The notes under the pieces: model-generated
The model's database searches: none
Seen by the model: the letters and a program-made list of their open reading frames with translations, nothing else
What the model was told of the DNA's origin: nothing
In this document: positions 37,372 through 48,950 of the stretch, piece after piece
How the letters are laid out: each line of letters starts with the position of its first letter
How positions within the stretch are numbered: position 1 is the first letter of the stretch
Source of the DNA: Longimicrobiales bacterium
Lineage (GTDB): Bacteria > Gemmatimonadota > Gemmatimonadetes > Longimicrobiales > Gaopeijiaceae
Assembly (NCBI GenBank): GCA_965204735.1
Contig: OZ242008.1
Span: 2,976,001 to 3,040,000, forward strand
DNA length: 64,000 nucleotides
Direction: 5' to 3'
Position numbers and translations under genes: made by a program

Positions 37372-39110
37372 TTCATCGGATCGCCGCCAACCGCCCGTCG
37401 TTTCGGGCCGTGGAGTTCGGGGCCGGTCTCAACATCGTCCTCGCGGACCGGACCGAGGCGGCGACCGACAAGGACACGAGGAACGGACTGGGCAAGTCCA
37501 CCTTGATCGACATCATCGATTTCTGCTTGGGCACTCGAGTGCGAAAGGGCGAGGGGCTGGTCATCGACGCGCTTGCCGGGTGGGAGTTTACGCTTGAGTT
37601 CTCATTGGGCCAGGAGCGATTCGCGGCGACGCGGGCGGTGGACAGACCGACCAAGTTCAAGGTCGTCTACCATGGATCGACCGCAACCCCACCATTGGCC
37701 ACCCTGTTCGGCGACGGCCTTTACAGACAAGCCGAATGGCGCGGCCTGCTCAGCAAACGCATGTTCAGCTTGAACGGCGACGAGAGTCGCAAGTACGGCC
37801 CCTCGTATCGCAGCTTGCTTTCTTACTTTGTTCGTCGGGGCGGAGCAGCCTACTTGGACCCGTTTCGCCATCACGACAAACAGCAGCCGTGGAATCGGCA
37901 GGTGAACGTCGCGTACTTGCTGGGCCTGCACTGGAAGACCGCATCGCAGCAGCAGGCGCTCAAGGATAAGGAGAAGTCGGTGAAGCAGCTTGAACAGGCC
38001 GCCGACGCCGCGAACGAACTTGAAGGCAGCACCACAATCGGCGCGATGGAGGCAACAAGGGTGCTTCTGAAGAACCGCCTGGCCGCCGAACGGAAGGCGT
38101 TGGACGACTTCAGGGTGCACCCTCAGTACGCATCGATCCAGCAGGAAGCGGACCGGTTGACGGCCGAGATCCACGAACTGACCGACGCAAACGTCAAGGA
38201 CCAAATGATGCTCCGACGATATCGCGAATCCGTGGACGACAAGGAAAAACCGCCGACTGTGCCAGTCACCCGCTTGTACGAAGAAGTCGGTGTCGTGTTC
38301 TCGGACGCCGTTCGTCGCAAGCTTGCCGATACGAAGCGGTTTCGCGAGCAAATCATAGCAAACAGAAGAGAGTTTCTTGCGACGGAGATCAAGAGACTGG
38401 GGGAGCGAATTGCCGCACGTGAACGCGAGATCAAGGCACTGAGCGACGAGCGGGCAGAACACCTTGATATCTTGAAGACCCACGGCGCGTTGGAAGAGAT
38501 GACCCGGCTTCAAGAACGAGTCGTCGGCATTCGTGAGAAGCTGGAGAGAGTGACGACCGCGATCGGCCAGCGCAGGACGCTGGAGGCCAAGAAGCGCGAG
38601 ATCAAGATGCAAAGAGGCGACCTGGAACAAGTCGCCCAGCGAGCCCACGAGGAGCGCAGGGCCGTATGGAGCCGCGCCATTGCACTGTTCAACGAGAACT
38701 CGCAAAGGCTGTACGAAGCGCCTGGAGAGCTGATCATCGACGTGGGAGACAACGGCTTTTCATACGATGTGGAGATCGACAAGAGCGGAAGCGACGGCGT
38801 GGACAAGATGAAGATATTCTGCTTCGACCTGATGCTGCTTCAGTCCAGACCGGAGCACCAGGGGATCGACTTTCTGATTCACGACAGCACCATCTTCGAC
38901 GGCGTGGACTCGCGGCAGCGGGCACGCGCCCTGGAGCGGGCGAACGCCGTCGGCGACCGTTTGGGCAAGCAGTACATCTGTACCTTCAACTCTGACATGG
39001 TGCCCCGCGACGACTTCAGCCACGACTTCGACTTCGACCACCACGTCAAGCTCCATCTCACGGACGACGACCCATCGGGCAGCCTGCTGGGCTTCTCGTT
39101 CAACCGATGA
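37368..39110 (+). CDS. DUF2326 SMC-like ABC ATPase (LmuB-like)
   Basis: RNGLGKST, long coiled coil, KIFCFDL, FLIHDS, DGVD. Confidence 0.9.
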   Translation: MIHRIAANRPSFRAVEFGAGLNIVLADRTEAATDKDTRNGLGKSTLIDIIDFCLGTRVRKGEGLVIDALAGWEFTLEFSLGQERFAATRAVDRPTKFKVVYHGSTATPPLATLFGDGLYRQAEWRGLLSKRMFSLNGDESRKYGPSYRSLLSYFVRRGGAAYLDPFRHHDKQQPWNRQVNVAYLLGLHWKTASQQQALKDKEKSVKQLEQAADAANELEGSTTIGAMEATRVLLKNRLAAERKALDDFRVHPQYASIQQEADRLTAEIHELTDANVKDQMMLRRYRESVDDKEKPPTVPVTRLYEEVGVVFSDAVRRKLADTKRFREQIIANRREFLATEIKRLGERIAAREREIKALSDERAEHLDILKTHGALEEMTRLQERVVGIREKLERVTTAIGQRRTLEAKKREIKMQRGDLEQVAQRAHEERRAVWSRAIALFNENSQRLYEAPGELIIDVGDNGFSYDVEIDKSGSDGVDKMKIFCFDLMLLQSRPEHQGIDFLIHDSTIFDGVDSRQRARALERANAVGDRLGKQYICTFNSDMVPRDDFSHDFDFDHHVKLHLTDDDPSGSLLGFSFNR

Positions 39111-39140
39111 CTCTCCACTTCCTTACCACTCCAGGGCCCC

Positions 39141-39715
39141 GGCAGGCAGAGACTCCGACTCGGCCCGGACCGACCACAAACAAGGACCCGCTCGACGGTC
39201 CGCTACGAGCTCTCCTCCGAGGACGGCTTGACGACAGACGAGGACGGCCCGAAAATGATCATGGAGCGGCTGTCCCGGTTCGTGAGCGGATCGACGGCCG
39301 TATCGGCTACCGGAACGGAAGAGGGCTGACGTGACAAGACCAAGCCGAACTTCCCCTGCGGCCTTCCCCTTGTCCGCGCCCCAGTACGAGCTTCGGACGC
39401 GCAGCCGCGGACCGGGCGTTCTCCGCCGCTTCGCCCGTGGCGGCGTGCGGTGCCTGCTGGCGGAAGCGGGACGGAAGTAGGGCGATGCGGATCGAGCCGA
39501 GGTACGTAGCGTGGCCGTACGCCTGTCCGGCGAGTTCAATCCCCAGGAACTCACCCTACTTGGTTCGCGCAACGCGACCTGCTGCCACGTGACATGACGG
39601 ACGCCACCGAGGTGGAGGAGCGAGGCGGCAGAATCTGGTTCACGACCGACTGGCTCCGGTTTTGGGCAGATTCGGAAGGATTAGCACGCATGCCACATCA
39701 CCAGTTGTCACCCTA
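39141..39715 (+). repeat. Degenerate copy of DUF499 3' end + small gene + starts of the 43624 and 44304 genes
   Basis: Matches 30920-31560 and 43288-44330 with internal deletions. Confidence 0.88.
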
Positions 39716-39748
39716 TCGAAGCTTACTCAGCCACTTGGTGGAGGGAAT

Positions 39749-40237
39749 ATGAGCACACGACAGACGCTCGGACGCTGGATCAAGGTGAAGCCCGACAGCT
39801 ACGTGGAACCGACTGAAGATGTAGAACCTGGGGTATTCGTTTCTCCCTATGACATCCCTAACCGGATTCGAGTAGGCTACGACAAGGGCCTCGGCCGATT
39901 CGTGGCGGAGTTTCACTATATGGTAGATGAGAAGTATCGACGCCTATCTGGCGATGGAGTTCGCTATCGTCTGGGCAAGCATTCCGGCCGCATCATAGGC
40001 GTGGAGACCGATCGTCAGGATGGGCAGATGTCCGTACGGATCAAGGAGAACGAAGACGCCTATCAAGCGATACTGGAGGCGATGGGGAACGTCGGTACCG
40101 TAGCGGGCAACATGGCAAGGGGGCGAGAGAATCATGTGGTGGCGAAGAGGGTTCTCGAAGACTACCAAGACGTCATCGTTCAAGACATGCTGGCTGTTGC
40201 CAGTGACACGGTGACCGATAGAGTGCCGGGGAGATGA
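39749..40237 (+). CDS. Hypothetical protein (162 aa)
   Basis: GGAGGG RBS, stop overlaps the MTase start; no motif recognised. Confidence 0.7.
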   Translation: MSTRQTLGRWIKVKPDSYVEPTEDVEPGVFVSPYDIPNRIRVGYDKGLGRFVAEFHYMVDEKYRRLSGDGVRYRLGKHSGRIIGVETDRQDGQMSVRIKENEDAYQAILEAMGNVGTVAGNMARGRENHVVAKRVLEDYQDVIVQDMLAVASDTVTDRVPGR

Positions 40238-43207
40238 ATGACCGTCGGCTGATCGAGGAGTGGTTGCCGATCGCGGAGCTGAGCGAGGAGTCCACCCGCG
40301 AGCGCCGATCCATGACCGCGTTGCCGCCCGTGTACTACCTGCATGTGTGGTGGGCGCGACGGCCCTTGGTGGCGTCGAGAGCCGCCGTGCTGGGGGCATT
40401 GCTGCCCGCGGACGCGGACCGAAAGCGGTTTCTGCACGTGCTGGGCATTCACGGGGACCCAGTGACGGTCCGACGCCGCATCGACGCGGCCAAGCGAAAC
40501 GGAGAAGACCTCGGCCCGAATCCGTATGGCTACAAGCGGGCCTTCTCGTACTCGCCGGCGGGTGTCGATCTTGAGTGGATCGGCGATAGTAGTAGTAGCG
40601 TGTCTGTCAAGGGCGGCCTGGATAAGGTCCGGGTACTTGATCCTACAGCAGGTGGTGGCAGTATTCCCGTGGAGGCTGTCCGTGTCGGCTGCCGCCCGCT
40701 TGCGAATGACCTCAATCCCGTGGCGGCGATGTTGCTGGACGCTACGGTGAACTGGCCGCTCACGCATGGGAGTCGAATACAAGAGGAATTTGCCGGGCTG
40801 GGCGCAGAGTTTGTCGAGCGTACTGAGACAAGGTATGAAGGAGTGTTTCCGCTGGAATCGGATGGGATTCGAGTCGTAGCATATTGTTGGGCCCACACGG
40901 TCCGTTGTCCGTACTGCAACGGTGTGGTACCGCTGTCGCCAAACTGGCGTCTTGCGAAGGGTGGCATGGGCGTGAGGCTGGTCCCGCGGATGGGAGACGG
41001 TCCGGGCTCCAATGATCGGCGTTGCGAGTTCGAGATCGTCAGCACGGTGGCGGAGCAGTCGGCGGGCACGGTGGGTCGCGGGACGGCCAACTGTCCGTAC
41101 CGGGACTGCGGTCGAGTGATCGACGGTGACGAGATCAAGTTGCAGGCGCAGGAAGGGGAGATGGGCCACCAGGCTGTACGCCGTCGTGTACAAGAAGCGC
41201 GTGCCCCGAATCCTGAAGTCGGGAAAACGCGGCAAGGACAGGTGGGTGCGCGGCTACCGCGCTCCGCGCCCGTCGGACGACAACAGCCAGGAGATTGAGC
41301 GTCTACTGGCGGAGAAGCTGCCGGAGTGGGAGGCGCTGGACATCGTGCCGAGCGAGAGGATACCGGACGGCAACAAGACGACGGAGCCGCTGCGGTACGG
41401 CATGCCTTACTGGCGGGACATGTTCTCCCCGCGCCAGCTGTTCTGCCACTGCACCAGCGTCGAGGTCTTCCGCGAGATGCTCAAGGCTGATCGCAATGAC
41501 CGGCGAATGACCGGGGTGCGGAAGGCGGCATACGGATACTTGGCTATCGCTCTGGACACGTTGCTGAATTTCAACAGTCGAGCGACTCGATGGGTGTCAA
41601 CGACAGGCAGAATCACCTCGACCTTCGATCGACACAATTTTGCATTCGTATGGTCGTATGCAGAGATGGCCCCGGTCGTAACCGGCATCGGCTACGACTG
41701 GGCGATCAAGAAAACCGCCAAGTGCATCGGCGAACTCGTCGCGCTGATTCATTCCCCGGCGGACGACAACAACGGCCCGATCTTCAACGACGATTCGGGC
41801 GAATCCCCTCCACCCAAACCCGTCATCACCTGCAAGTCCGCCGACAACCTGGACCACATCGCCGACGGCGAGATCGACGCTGTCGTCATGGACCCGCCGT
41901 ACTACGACAACGTCATGTACGCCGAGCTGTCCGACTTCTTCTACGTCTGGCTCAAGCGGACCGCCGGCTACGTCTTCCCCGAACTCTTCCGCCGCCAGTT
42001 GACCGACAAGGACAACGAGGCCGTCGCAAACCCGGCGCGCTGGAAGGGCGAGAAGGGCGCCAAGGCCCGCGCCGGCAAGGACTACCAGGAGCGCATGGCG
42101 GCGATCTTCCAGGAATGCCGTCGCGTGCTCAAGCCCGACGGAATCATGCCGCTTATGTTCACCCACAAGGCCACCGGGGCGTGGGACGCGCTCACGGTGG
42201 GGCTAATGGAGGCGGGCTTCAGGATCACGGCGTCGTGGCCGATCAACACGGAGGCGCCGGGCAGCCTGCACATCAAGGACAAGGCGGCGGCGAACAGCAC
42301 AGTCTTCCTTGTATGCCGCCCGCGAACCGGCGATGAAGAGAAGGAATCGGACGACGTTTACTGGGAGGATGTGGAGCCCGAGGTCGCACGTGCCGTCCGC
42401 AAGCGCATCCCCCAGTTCAAGGAGGCGAACATCCGGGGCGTGGACCTGTACTTGGCGTCGTTTGGGCCGGCGCTGGAAGAGTTCTCGCGCCACTGGCCGC
42501 TCCGGCGCGGAACGCCCCGACAGCGGACGCGGGCCCAGAAGCGTCGCCGGCAGTCCGAGCTCTTCCAAGAGAAGGAGGACCCCTACGCCGCGACGCCGGA
42601 GGACGCACTGGAGGTCGCACGCCGCGAGGTGAAGCGCTGGCGGCTGGAAGAGCTGACCCGCGTCAGGGCGGGCGACGACATGGACGCTCGGACGGCGTTC
42701 TTCGTGCTGGCGTGGGACGCCTTCCGGGCGCCGCGCTTTCCCTACGACGAGGCGTTGAAACTGGCGCGCGCGGTGGGCGTGGACCTGGACAAGGAAGTCG
42801 TGGGTCGGACGGCGGCGAAGGTCGGGGCGAACTTGGTGCTGTGGGACAGCGCGGAGCGGGCGGCAAAGGGCAGCCTGGGGCCGGCGGACGGATCGACGGG
42901 CATGATCGACGTGCTGTACCGGACGGCTCATCTGGGGCGTATCCGTTCGCTCGACGCGGCTCGGGAGTACTTGGAGAACGTCGGGCTGCACAAGGAGCCG
43001 CGCTTCCTGGCGGCATTGAAGGCGCTGCTGGAGGTGCTGCCGATGCCGAAATCGGTCACCAAGTTCGACTTGCCGAAGGGGCTGGCGGCGGCGGGGAGCG
43101 ACTTCGAGGTGCTGGAGAACCTTCGGCGGCTGGCGTTCGGGGAGCAGGTGGCCGAGCCGGCGCAGCTCAAGCTGTGGCGCGACGAAGAAGGGGACGACGC
43201 GACCTGA
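40234..43207 (+). pseudogene. DUF1156 adenine methyltransferase, allele 1, +1 frameshift at ~41172
   Basis: [38 protein letters not shown] versus CACCAGCTGTAC in allele 2. Confidence 0.88.
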
Positions 43208-43209
43208 CG

Positions 43210-43280
43210 ATGCTGTCGGACCGGAAGTGGGAGCTGGCCTACACCACGGACGACGGCCCACTGGCCGAGAGCTTCTACTA
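43210..43280 (+). pseudogene. 5' stub of the PLD-SNF2 helicase gene
   Basis: MLSDRKWELAYTTDDGPLAE matches 48951 onward, then breaks off. Confidence 0.85.
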
Positions 43281-43287
43281 CATCCTC

Positions 43288-43640
43288 GGCAGGCAGAGGC
43301 TCCGACTCGCCCCGGACCGAGTTCGCCTCCGAGGCCGGCTTGACGACGGACGAGGACGGCCCGAAAATGATCATGGAGCGGCTGTCCCGGTTCGTGACCG
43401 GATCGACGGCCGTGTCGGCTACCGGAACGGAGGAGGGCTGACGTGGCAAGACCAACCCGAACTTTCCCTGCCGCCTTCCCTTTGCCGTCGTGGAAAGGCG
43501 CGGACGCCATGGAGCGCGAAGAGGCGAGCTGCTGGCTGGGCACGGCGATGCGCCGTCGGAACCCCGGGCGGGTGCTGATGGCGCTGCGGTGCCTGCTGAC
43601 GGAAGCGGGACGGAAGTAGGGCGATGCGGATCGAGCCGAG
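43288..43640 (+). repeat. Third copy of the DUF499-end/small-gene junction (internally deleted)
   Basis: ATGATCATGGAGCGGCTGTCCCGGTTCG...GGGCTGACGTGGCAAGACC...GGAAGTAG shared with 30979-31537. Confidence 0.88.
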
Positions 43641-44298
43641 GTACAGCAGCGTGATCGTACGCCTGTTCGGCCAGTTCGATCCCCAGGAACTCACACCTAC
43701 GTGGTTCGCACAACACGACCTGCTGCCACGTGACATGACGGACGCCGCCGAGGTGGTAGAGGGAAGCGGCAGCATCTTGTTCACGACCGACTGGCTCAGG
43801 TTTTGGGCAGATTCGGAGAGCATGAATGCCGAAACCCCGCAGGCACCCTACATCCAAGCGTTCGACCTCGTCAACAGGGCCTTCCGCGAGCACCTGTTTC
43901 GCACAACTCGCCTGACTGCATTTGCGATTAGCCGCAACGCTATCTTCTTCCCGTCGGATGTCGAAGTGTTTGATCGGATAGCAAGAACGCTCGTGACGTT
44001 TGACGAACATCCTGTCATTGACACCGACGGAGCGAACAGCCGTGACGGCGACGCGCCGGGTTCAGTGGTTGTAATGCAGGAAAACCAAGACGATATCGCG
44101 TTGCTGCACTTGCGTCGCACCACTGATCCGTTCATGATCGGCGTCGAATTCACCGAGAAGCACGCAAGCGAGTGCAATGATCCCGGAGAGAGCAAGGACT
44201 TGGTTCAAATGTTGGGAAGACGTTTCGACGACTTCGTCTTACGTGCCGACAAGGCAATCGAGCGAACAATGTCGTCTGGCACTCGCGAGAAGGATTAG
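43624..44298 (+). CDS. Hypothetical protein (GxFxP..TP.WF motif)
   Basis: 224-aa ORF, tightly packed; deleted paralog at ~39485-39690. Confidence 0.75.
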   Translation: MRIEPRYSSVIVRLFGQFDPQELTPTWFAQHDLLPRDMTDAAEVVEGSGSILFTTDWLRFWADSESMNAETPQAPYIQAFDLVNRAFREHLFRTTRLTAFAISRNAIFFPSDVEVFDRIARTLVTFDEHPVIDTDGANSRDGDAPGSVVVMQENQDDIALLHLRRTTDPFMIGVEFTEKHASECNDPGESKDLVQMLGRRFDDFVLRADKAIERTMSSGTREKD

Positions 44299-44303
44299 CA
44301 CGC

Positions 44304-44816
44304 ATGCCACGTCACCAGTTGTCACCCCATCAAGACATGCGCCTGGAAATGTTGCCATCTGTAGCGCTCGCATCGCCTCCACCCGGCACAGATACACTCA
44401 AGCGCTTGGCCGATGGAGTCCACATTACCGACGATGTTCACCCCACGCCGGTAACTGGCAAGTCGCCGCAGATCGCGTTGCCAATAGTAGTGATAGTGCC
44501 ACTTCAAGAATGGGAGGGCTATGTGGCGGAGATCGGTGATGCAGATTTCACGGTGGCCCTCGTGGATATCACTCGCGGCGACAAGCACGTAAGCGAAACG
44601 GCCGTAATTCCACTCAAGGAATTGTCCCAGAAGGATGCGGCCGACTTGTCGCTAGGCCAGATTTTTCGTTGGGTAATCGGATATGAGTACTCGATGTCCG
44701 GCGAGAAGACGACAGTGTCGCACATCGTGTTCCGTGATCTGCCGAGGCTGACCGACGAAGACATGGAAGAGGCTCGAAAGTGGGCCCGGGAGTATAGCGA
44801 TTGGCTCGCATCGTGA
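44304..44816 (+). CDS. LQEWEGYV-family protein, possible S1/OB fold
   Basis: Paralogous to the IS-split gene (QEWEGYV, LG.IF.W.IGY, S.IVFRD.P). Confidence 0.8.
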   Translation: MPRHQLSPHQDMRLEMLPSVALASPPPGTDTLKRLADGVHITDDVHPTPVTGKSPQIALPIVVIVPLQEWEGYVAEIGDADFTVALVDITRGDKHVSETAVIPLKELSQKDAADLSLGQIFRWVIGYEYSMSGEKTTVSHIVFRDLPRLTDEDMEEARKWAREYSDWLAS

Positions 44817-45931
44817 GGAAGCTGCATGAGCCACCGAAATCGACCGACATTGAACTCACAGTAATCGGGCCCGGCTACGGTGAGAGCATCCTGGTCCATG
44901 TTGGCGAAGGAAGATGGATTATCGTGGACTCATGTATCGATCGCGAAACGGGCAGGCCCCGAGCGCTGACTTATCTTGAAGGCATCGAAGTCGATCCATC
45001 CACCTCTGTTGCACTGGTCGTAGCAACCCACTGGCATGACGACCACATAGCCGGAATGGAACAGCTCGCGACCGTATGCCGCAAGGCGGCTTTCTGCTGC
45101 CCCGCCGCTTTGCTCGATGAGGAATGTCGAACGATCATCGCTGCACTGAAGGGACAGCCTGTGACACCTGCCAGCTCGAATGTGAGCGCGATATTTGCGA
45201 CGTTGACGGCGCTGCTTGCGAGGAATTCCCATCCCTGTTTTGCCATCGCCGATCGTCGTGTCTTTCTGCACGGGAAGTGCGAAGTATGGACTTTGTCGCC
45301 CAGCGACGGTGCATTTCTGGGCTCCATCAGGTCCCTGAAGGGCGCGTCGCCCGCCGACACGCGACGTGGAGTGCGACTGCCTGCCTTGTCGCCCAACCGG
45401 GCATCGGCAGTGTTGTGGATTGAAGTTGAAGGTGTGGCCCTCCTGCTCGGCGCCGATCTGCCGAAAGCCGGCTGGAAGGACATATTGGAAAGCCGGACTC
45501 GACCCCTAGGCCGTGCGTCCGTAGTCAAAGTGCCGCATCATGGGTCTCAAGACGCCTTTGAGCCACGAGTGTGGAACGAGATGACGACGACACAGCCGGT
45601 GGCGGTCGTGACGCCGTCCGCCAAAGGAATGAGCCCTCCGCCAACGGCAGAAGACCTCACGAGAATACTGCTCAAGACGAAAGACGCCTACATCACCGCC
45701 GAGCCTCGAAGTCAACAGACGCCAACCAAGCTGCACCACGAAGTCGACAGGGTGCTTCGACAGAAGGTGATCAAGAGGGACTCGGTCGGCAAGCCGGGGA
45801 TTGTACGACTGAGAAGGAGCATCGGTTCAGAACAGGACTGGACGGTAGAAAGATTCGGAGGCGCATGTAGCGTCGGCCGCTACGTGACCGTAACAGCAGA
45901 TGGCGACGCCAACGGAGCCGATACATCGTGA
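44813..45931 (+). CDS. ComEC/Rec2-like MBL-fold hydrolase (putative nuclease)
   Basis: GYGESILV, IVDSC, THWHDDH, LLGAD, KVPHHGS; GTGA overlap with the upstream gene. Confidence 0.85.
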   Translation: MRKLHEPPKSTDIELTVIGPGYGESILVHVGEGRWIIVDSCIDRETGRPRALTYLEGIEVDPSTSVALVVATHWHDDHIAGMEQLATVCRKAAFCCPAALLDEECRTIIAALKGQPVTPASSNVSAIFATLTALLARNSHPCFAIADRRVFLHGKCEVWTLSPSDGAFLGSIRSLKGASPADTRRGVRLPALSPNRASAVLWIEVEGVALLLGADLPKAGWKDILESRTRPLGRASVVKVPHHGSQDAFEPRVWNEMTTTQPVAVVTPSAKGMSPPPTAEDLTRILLKTKDAYITAEPRSQQTPTKLHHEVDRVLRQKVIKRDSVGKPGIVRLRRSIGSEQDWTVERFGGACSVGRYVTVTADGDANGADTS

Positions 45932-45992
45932 TCCGCCAAGTGCAGGCCCTGAGGTGCTGGAGACACGAAGGCGATCGCTGCGGCCTTGGACC

Positions 45993-48948
45993 ATGAGTGA
46001 CCGTCGGCTGATCGAGGAGTGGATGCCGATCGCGGAGATCGGGATCGAGGGTACCCGCGAGCGGACCCCGATGACGCCGTTTCCGGCGCCGAATCGGCTT
46101 CACGTGTGGTGGGCGCGTCGGCCTTTGGTGGCGTCAAGAGCTGCCGTGCTGGGGGCGTTGCTGCCAGCGGACGCGGATCGGGAACGGTTTCTGCACGTGC
46201 TTGGGATTCATGGGGACCCGGTGGCTGCCAAGGGGCGTATCGCCGTCGCGACGCGGGCTGGAAAACGGCTTGGTGCGGACGCGTACGGATACATACGTGC
46301 CTTTCGATACACGCCGTCTGTGGAAGAAGCGGATTGGTTGGCCGACTCGATTGGCAGCGACACCACGGTGCTTGATCCGACGGCAGGCGGTGGAGCCGTC
46401 CCTTTTGAAGCAATGCGGCTCGGATTTATTACGACATACGCCAACGATCTCAACCCTGTTGCTGCTCTCATCGGACGGGCGACGGTTGAATGGCCAGCGA
46501 CGTTACTAGGGCCGGAGATTCGTAAGCCATTCTTGGAACTTGGAACAAGGCTAGTCAACGAAATCCGACGGCGTCTCGTTGGCGTGTTTCCCGACGAGCC
46601 GCTCGACGATGTTCGACCGGACGGGTACGTCTGGGCCCACACTGTCCGTTGCCCGTACTGCAATGGCGTGGTGCCTTTGTCTCCGAACTGGCGTCTGACG
46701 CCGGACGGGACGGGCGTGAAGCTGCAGCCACACCTGGGAGACGGGCTGGGCTCCGACGATCGTCGCTGCGAGTTCCAGATCGTGGAGTCGGCCAACGAGC
46801 AGTCGGCGGGCACGGTGAGTCGCGGGAACGCCAACTGTCCCTATCCAGACTGCGGTCGGGTGGTCGACGGCGACGAGATCAAGCTGCAGGCGCGGGAAGG
46901 GGAGATGGGCCACCAGCTGTACGCCGTCGTGTGCAAAAAGCGCGTGCGGAAGATGCTGAAGTCGGGAAAGCGGGGCAAGGACAGGTGGGTGCGCGGCTAC
47001 CGCGCTCCGTGCCCGTCGGACGACAACGGCGATGAGATTGAGCGGCTGCTGGCGGAGAAGCTGCCGGAGTGGGAGGCGCTGGACATCGTGCCGAGCGAGA
47101 GGATACCGGACGGCAACAAGACGACAGAGCCGCTGCGGTACGGCATGCCTTACTGGCGAGACATGTTCTCCTCACGCCAGCTGCTGTGCCACGGTACCAG
47201 CATCGAGGTCTTCCGCGAGATGCTTTTGGCCGACCAGAACGTCGGAAGGCTTACCGAGCTCCGCAAGGCGGCATACGGATACTTGGCGCTAGCGATGGAC
47301 AAGGTAGTGGCCTACAACTCGCGAATGTCCTCGTGGCATGCAGGCCGGGAGGTGATCGCAAGTGTGTTTTCACAGCACGACTTTTCATTCAAGTGGTCTT
47401 ACGCCGAGATGGCACCGCTCGTCACCGGCATTGGCTACGACTGGGCGAATCGGGAGACAGCCAAGTGCATCGGCGAGCTCGCGGCACTGATTCGTCCCCA
47501 GACGGACGAAGACAACGGCCCGATCTTCAACAACGATTCCGACGAGTCCCTCCCGCCCAAGCCCGTCATCACCTGCAAGTCCGCCGACAACCTGGACCAC
47601 ATCGCCGACGGCGAGATCGACGCCGTCGTCATGGACCCGCCGTACTACGACAACGTCATGTACGCCGAGCTGTCCGACTTCTTCTACGTCTGGCTCAAGC
47701 GGACCGCCGGCTACGTCTTCCCCGAACTCTTCCGCCGCCGGCTGACCGACAAGGACAACGAGGCCGTCGCGAACCCGGCCCGCTGGAAGGGCGAGAAGGG
47801 CGCCAAGGCGCGCGCCGGCAAGGACTACCAGGAACCGCATGGCGGCGATCTTCCAGGAGTGTCGTCGCGTGCTCAAGCCCGACGGGATCATGACGCTCAT
47901 GTTCACCCACAAGGCCACCGGGGCGTGGGACGCCCTCACGGTGGGGCTGATGGAGGCGGGCTTCAGGATCACGGCGTCGTGGCCGATCAACACGGAGGCG
48001 CCGGGCAGCCTGCACATCAAGGACAAGGCGGCGGCGAACAGCACGGTCTTCCTTGTATGCCGTCCGCGAACCGGCGAAGAGAAGGAATCGGACACCATCT
48101 ACTGGGAGGACGTGGAGCCCGAAGTGGCGCGTGCCGTCCGCAAGCGCATCCCCCAGTTCAAGGAGGCGAACATCCGGGGCGTGGACCTGTACTTGGCGTC
48201 GTTTGGACCGGCGCTGGAGGAGTTCTCGCGCCACTGGCCGCTCCGGCGCGGAACGCCCCGACAGCGGACGCGGGCCCAGAAGCGTCGCCGCCAGCAGGAG
48301 CTCTTCGACGAGAAGGAGGACCTCTACGCCGCGACGCCGGAGGACGCGCTGGAGGTCGCGCGCCGCGAGGTGAAGCGGTGGCGGCTGGAGCAGCTGACCC
48401 GCGTCAGGGCGGGCGACGACATGGACGCTCGGACGGCGTTCTTCGTGCTGGCGTGGGACGCCTTCCGGGCGCCGCGCTTTCCCTACGACGAGGCGTTGAA
48501 GCTGGCGCGCGCGGTGGGCGTGGACCTGGACAAGGAGGTCGTTGGTCGGACGGCGGCGAAGGTCGGGGCGAACTTGGTGCTGTGGGACAGCGCCGAGCGT
48601 GCGGCGAAGGGCAGCCTGGGGCCGGCGGACGGCTCGACGGGCATGATCGACGTGCTGTACCGGGCGGCCCATCTGGGGCGCCTCCGTTCGCTGGACGCGG
48701 CTCGGGAGTACTTGGAGAACGTCGGGTTGCACAAGGAGCCGCGCTTCCTGGCGGCGTTGAAGGCGCTGCTGGAGGTGCTGCCGATGCCGAAATCGGTCAC
48801 CAAGTTCGACTTGCCGAAGGGGCTGGCGGCGGCGGGGAGCGACTTCGAGGTGCTGGAGAACCTTCGGCGGCTGGCGTTCGGCGAGCAGGTGGCCGAGCCG
48901 GCGCAGCTCAAGCTGTGGCGCGACGAAGAAGGGGACGACGCGACCTGA
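45993..48948 (+). pseudogene. DUF1156 adenine methyltransferase, allele 2, +1 frameshift at ~47835
   Basis: Same motifs as allele 1; CAGGAACCGCATG versus CAGGAGCGCATG in allele 1. Confidence 0.88.
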
Positions 48949-48950
48949 CG

